In this document: positions 48,001 through 52,631 of the stretch, piece by piece
Layout: each line of letters begins with the position of its first letter
Numbering within the stretch: position 1 is the first letter of the stretch
Origin: Calcarisporiella thermophila CBS 279.70
Taxonomy: Eukaryota > Fungi > Calcarisporiellomycota
Length of the DNA: 52,631 nt
Assembly: GCF_041956535.1 (NCBI RefSeq)
Contig: NW_027192200.1
Span: 709,118 to 761,748 of the forward strand
Direction: 5' to 3'
Program-made: the position numbers and the translations under genes
The notes under the pieces: generated by a model
Databases searched by the model: none
Seen by the model: only the letters and a program-made list of their open reading frames with translations
Told to the model about the DNA's origin: nothing

Positions 48001-51000
48001 ATGTCCCGCGATGCAGAGGACAGCCATGATTGGCACACGCTGTCAGTAGACGAAGTCGCTACCACTCTTCACACATCGCTTAGCGAGGGGCTCTCATCGG
48101 CCGAGGTGTCCGCTCGCCTAGCTAAATATGGCGTCAACGAGCTGAGCTCCAATGAGGGCCCTACCTGGGTCAAGGTGTTGCTCCGTCAGCTCCTAGATGT
48201 CATGAATTGGATGTTCATTGCGATCGGCGTCGTTTGCTATGTCCTGATGGATTTTGCGGCCGGATCCGTCCTCATTTTCATCGCCATCCTCAATCTCGCC
48301 CTCACCTTTTCTCAGGAATATGCCGCCGAGCAAACCCTCGCCGCCCTCCGAAATCTATCGTCTCCTGTGGCCGATGTCGTGCGGGATGGTAAAGAGCAGA
48401 CGGTGGCCAGCCGTGACATCGTCCCCGGAGATATCCTTCTTGTCAAGGAGGGTGACTCCGTGGCTGCAGACGCGCGACTCTTCTATATCTCCAACCTTGA
48501 ACTTGACGAGGCGCTACTGACGGGCGAATCTATACCAGTCCAAAAACAATTGATAACGCTGAAACAACCAGGTATGTACCGAGTCTATTTCTAATGCAGT
48601 GGAGGGAAGGGATAAGAAAAACGAGCAAGCGCTAATTCTGAATGCTCCCCTATAACAGACGAACCTCTTGGAGACCGCATCAATATGGTCTACAGCTCTT
48701 CCATTGTTGCCAAGGGCCGCGGCAGAGCGATCGTGACCGCCACCGGCATGCATACCGAAATCGGCAAGGTCGCAACGAAACTCAGCGAGACCAGCGACAA
48801 CGACCGCACGCGTATTCAGAAAAGCCTCGACAAAATGTACATAATTCTACTCATTGCGGCGTTGCTCTTTGTCTTTATCGTGTTCGCGTCCGTGAAGTTC
48901 ACCGCTAGCTATGATGTAACTATGTACGCCATGGCAGCGGCGCTTTCCGTGCTTCCGGCCGGGTTGACTACCGTTCTCACCGTCACCCTCGTGGTGGGAG
49001 GTCAGAAGATGACGCAGCAAAAGGCCATCGTCCGTAAGCTAAAAGTTTTGGAAACGCTCGGGTCCGTCACCCATATCTTCTCTGATAAAACGGGGACCCT
49101 CACTCTCGCAAAAATGGTGGTGACCCGCTTCTGGACCCCTAAGGAGGGCTATTTCTACGCGACCCCGAATGGCCTCGCTCCGGAGGGCGACATCTATCGC
49201 ACGCGCGATTTCTCGGATAAAGTAGTCGATCCATCCAACGGCGAGTTAGTCGATAAGGCAGCCTTGTCAGCCGACCTCGAGCAAATGGTCCTCTGTGCAG
49301 CGCTCTGCAACATGTCGAGCATCCATCGGAAGGATTCGAGCAGCGAGAGTGAAATGGCAGAGGAGAAAGACGAAAAAGAGTCCCAGAGTACGGGTTCAGA
49401 TGATTGGATATCAAATGGGGCGCCTACCGAAGTCGCCCTTCAAGTGTTTGCCCACAAGTTTAACATGGGAAAACCCGATCTGACCAAGAGGGGTTGGGAA
49501 CTCTTGTTCGAGTACCAGTTCGACTCGACCATCAAGCGCATGTCGACCCTCTATCTAAACCGACCGAACAGCCAGCTAATGTTATTTACAAAGGGCGCGA
49601 CGGAACGCATTCTGCCGATCTGCACCAACCTGGACGAGGAAGCGAAGGCAAGTGTGTTCGAGACAGTTGAGAAGCTGGCCTCCGATGGACTGCGTGTCAT
49701 GGCCATGGCATGTCGCAAGGTGGATCTGCCTGTGAACGAGGTACACAATCACCTAAAGAAGCTGTCTCGTGACGACATGGAATGCGGTCTCGAGTTCCTC
49801 GGCCTCACTGGTATCTATGATCCTCCGCGACCCGAATCCCGCCCGGCCATCCAGGAGGCGCATCGTGCTGGCATCTCCGTCCATATGCTGACAGGAGATC
49901 ACGAAATTACAGCCGTGGCCATCGCCAAGGAGATCAACATTCTTAACGAAAAGACCATGTCTGCTGAGCAGATCAGGGCACTCGTCATGACGGGTGCGCA
50001 ATTCGACGCCATGTCGATCGAGGACATCGACAAGCTGGAGCGACTCCCGCTCGTCATTGCGCGCTGCTCGCCCGACACAAAGGTTAAGATGATCCAGGCA
50101 TCCGCACGCCGACGTAACATTTCAGCCATGACGGGCGACGGGGTCAATGATTCTCCTTCGCTTCGTATTGCCGACGTGGGCATCGCAATGGGTAAAAACG
50201 GCAGCGACGTTGCGAAACAAGCCTCCGATATCATTCTGAGTGACGACAACTTTGCGACGATCTTGCGGGCCATCGCCGAGGGCCGACGAATTTACCAGAA
50301 CATACAGAGATTCCTTCTCTACTACTGGATCTGTGTGGCTGCTCTCGCCGTGATGATACTTCTTGGCCTGGTGGTGCGCGACCCGGAAAACAAGGTCATT
50401 GCCCCATTGTCTACCCTGCAGATGATTTTCTTATACGTTGCCATCACTCCACCCGCCGGTGCCCTCAGTGTTCAGCCCGCCTCCAAGACAGTCATGCAAG
50501 AGCCACCACGGCCCCCCACCGAGAGCATTTTCAATCGCGAAATATTGCTTGATACCCTGGTCTATACATCCGGCATGGTAGCCCTCAGCGCCATTGCTTA
50601 CTTTGTTCCGCTCTACGCCGTCGGTCACGGATTGACTGGTGTCAATTGCGACGCTATCTATGAACAAGGCCCTTGCGATCCGATCTACCGGGCACGCAGC
50701 TCATTGCTCGTCACTGTTTTGTTTGGTCTGCTCATTATCATGGTCCACTGCCGGAGTTATCGCCAAGTGGAGTGGGACTTGGCAGGCATTTCAAAAACAC
50801 TACGATCGCGCGTGGTGATTGGCACATTCTGCTTCGACCTGATCTCTGTTCTCATTCTCTTGTATGTCCCTGAGGTTGCTATCAAAGGCTTTCATATGCT
50901 GGGTATCTCCTGGGAATGGGGGTTGGCACTAGGCCTAGATATCTTCTTTATTGCGTTTGGCGAATTCTACAAGCTCATCAAACGCAAGACCCTGAAACCC

Positions 51001-51039
51001 CTCGAAAACCGGCCGGGTTATGATTTTGCAGCGGTGTAG
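48001..51039 (+). CDS. P-type IID (ENA-like) Na+/K+ efflux ATPase; intron 48572-48658
   Basis: DEALLTGES, FSDKTGTLT, FDSTIKRMS, TKGATE, IYDPPR.ES, VHMLTGDH, ARCSPDTKV.MI, MTGDGVNDSPSL (ENA signature), YRARS. Confidence 0.9.
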
Positions 51040-51580
51040 AGACAAGAGCAAGTTTTGTTTTATTGATAGACTGTGTTATATTGTATACTTGTGCATATTA
51101 GAATGCGTGCTTTTATATATAAATTGCTTGTGGTTCTGCTTTTGCGAATGAATCAACTGAAGCCTAGTGTAGAAGCAGGACGCTAGACAACTGGGGGACC
51201 TAAGACTCTTCTTAACCATGCTCTTCATTGCTCTTAATTTTAATAAATATAAAAATTACTAATTCGAAAGAAATAACCAAGTTTGAATCACTCTTTAATA
51301 TAGAGTGTTTTTTTAAGGTAGAAAAAATTAATCGAATTTTGATTAATTTTCCAATTATTTTTCTTTTATTGAATTTCTTCCATTAAAATGAACACTCATT
51401 CAATTTCACCTGTGCATCACAATATATATACAGTATATCATGCTAAATATAAAATTGGATAATGAGATTTAAAATATGTTTATTTACTGTGATTAACTCC
51501 AATATTCTTAACACTGGCAATTTATATCAATTTGTCTTTTATTTTTGAAATAGAGGGGTTTTATCAAAAAAATGTTAAAT

Positions 51581-51635
51581 CTCTCGAAATATATCAATGC
51601 TGTAGTCGAACTACAGCATTGATATATTTCGAGAG
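51581..51635. repeat. Perfect 26-bp inverted repeat with 3-nt loop
   Basis: ctctcgaaatatatcaatgctgtagt-cga-actacagcattgatatatttcgagag. Confidence 0.95.
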
Positions 51636-51836
51636 TGAAATCTATTTAGTATTTTATTTCTTTGAGAGCCTGGAATTTGGAGAAGCTTCAATTCTTTTCC
51701 AAATATGATCCTGGGGTCTAGGATAATTTTTTTGTATAGAGGTTGCAATTGAATTGAAAACTCTGGAGAAGCATTAAATAAAAAAACCGTAGATTATTCA
51801 ATTTTCAAAAACTGCACCTTGGTGGCACTGAAGTGT

Positions 51837-52631
51837 CAATCGCTAATTTCCTGGCAAGCCAATACGCACAGGGAAAATCGGCGGATTCCTGCCATCTATA
51901 TCGCTCAGCCATCGGGGAACTGCAGACAAGCCATCCATATCTCGATTCCATCGTCTCTAGATTCCTTAGGATAGTAGACAGATTGGCGCCCCCTTTAAAC
52001 CTGGCAGAAGACCCTATCGACATCACCCCGATTCTGGAACATCTCAGAGGAACGCCCAACACTGAACTATCCCTGCGCAACCTTACTTACAAGTTGGCAT
52101 GGCTCCTGGCGGTAGTCACCTTTTCTAGCACGCATGGACCTTCAGTCGATCGCGGTCGGCGAAACAATGATGAAGGGGAAGATAATAGCACCGAAGGAAC
52201 GAGAAGGAATCGGCGCATCATAAAACCCATCCATGTCCATCGATTCCCAGACCCCAACCTCTGTCCAGTAGAGTGCTTCATTGAATATAGGAGGCGCTGG
52301 CAAGAGCAGGATAAACTGCAACAAGGCTCAGAGGTATTCCTCTGCCCTGGAATTGCTCGCCCTGCGAGGCCCGCAACGATTTCGCGATGAATCAAAACAA
52401 TCTTAGCAATCACCTCACCCGACGCAAGAGCCCACGACGCGCGGAAAACAGGGGCCACCCTCGCTCTACGAAGATTCAATGTAGACACAGTGGTCACAAT
52501 AGGGAATCGGTCTTCCGCCACCACTTTCGACCTATACTACCGCAGGGATAGAGCTGTAAATGCCGATATCTCGGGCGCGCTTCTCTCCTTAGAACTCGAG
52601 GAACCGCGCTAGGGCCCTCTGGATCATCGTG
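51837..52631 (+). mobile_element. Second degenerate DIRS tyrosine-recombinase copy (runs off the window at the start of the ICR)
   Basis: Colinear with 33577-34373: IANFLA, LSLRNLTYKLAWLLA, LCPV, TISR*IK, AHDARKTGAT, GNRSS.TTF..YYRR. Ends at ggatcatcgtg, the ICR start. Confidence 0.88.

Overview
Eukaryotic, intron-rich fungal DNA, most likely an early-diverging (Zoopagomycota/Mucoromycota-type) fungus; this is inferred from the short GT-AG introns, gene content and DIRS elements. Most entries in the supplied ORF track are single exons or shadow frames, so spliced models were rebuilt by eye. The left ~30 kb is compact housekeeping DNA: APC2, an unannotated H/ACA snoRNA, thioredoxin reductase, a PY-motif membrane protein, two tandem PA-TM-RING E3 ligases, a poly-Glu protein, TSR3, a secreted His-brace LPMO-like protein, SLX9 (absent from the ORF track), RPS8, an OCA-family pseudophosphatase, YOP1, YPT7/Rab7, SNF2/STH1 (with an N gap) and an MFS drug transporter. 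About 31.8-41.8 kb is an AT-rich accessory island. It holds a pseudogenised MFS duplicate truncated by a DIRS-type tyrosine-recombinase retroelement remnant with recognisable ICR/ITR, a small inverted-repeat element, a divergent pair of intronless orphan ORFs around an inverted DIRS terminus, a probable LINE tail and a patatin pseudogene. The right part carries TAM41, a Cys-rich Yap1/HapX-like bZIP, an ENA-type P-ATPase, a perfect 26-bp hairpin and a second DIRS remnant. Best finds: (1) a dual-guide SNORA21/snR10-like snoRNA with its own Homol D promoter, with Homol D boxes also at TSR3 and SLX9/RPS8; (2) a bZIP combining a Yap1 C-terminal redox domain with HapX-like Cys clusters; (3) the DIRS-associated orphan gene pair plus patatin island.
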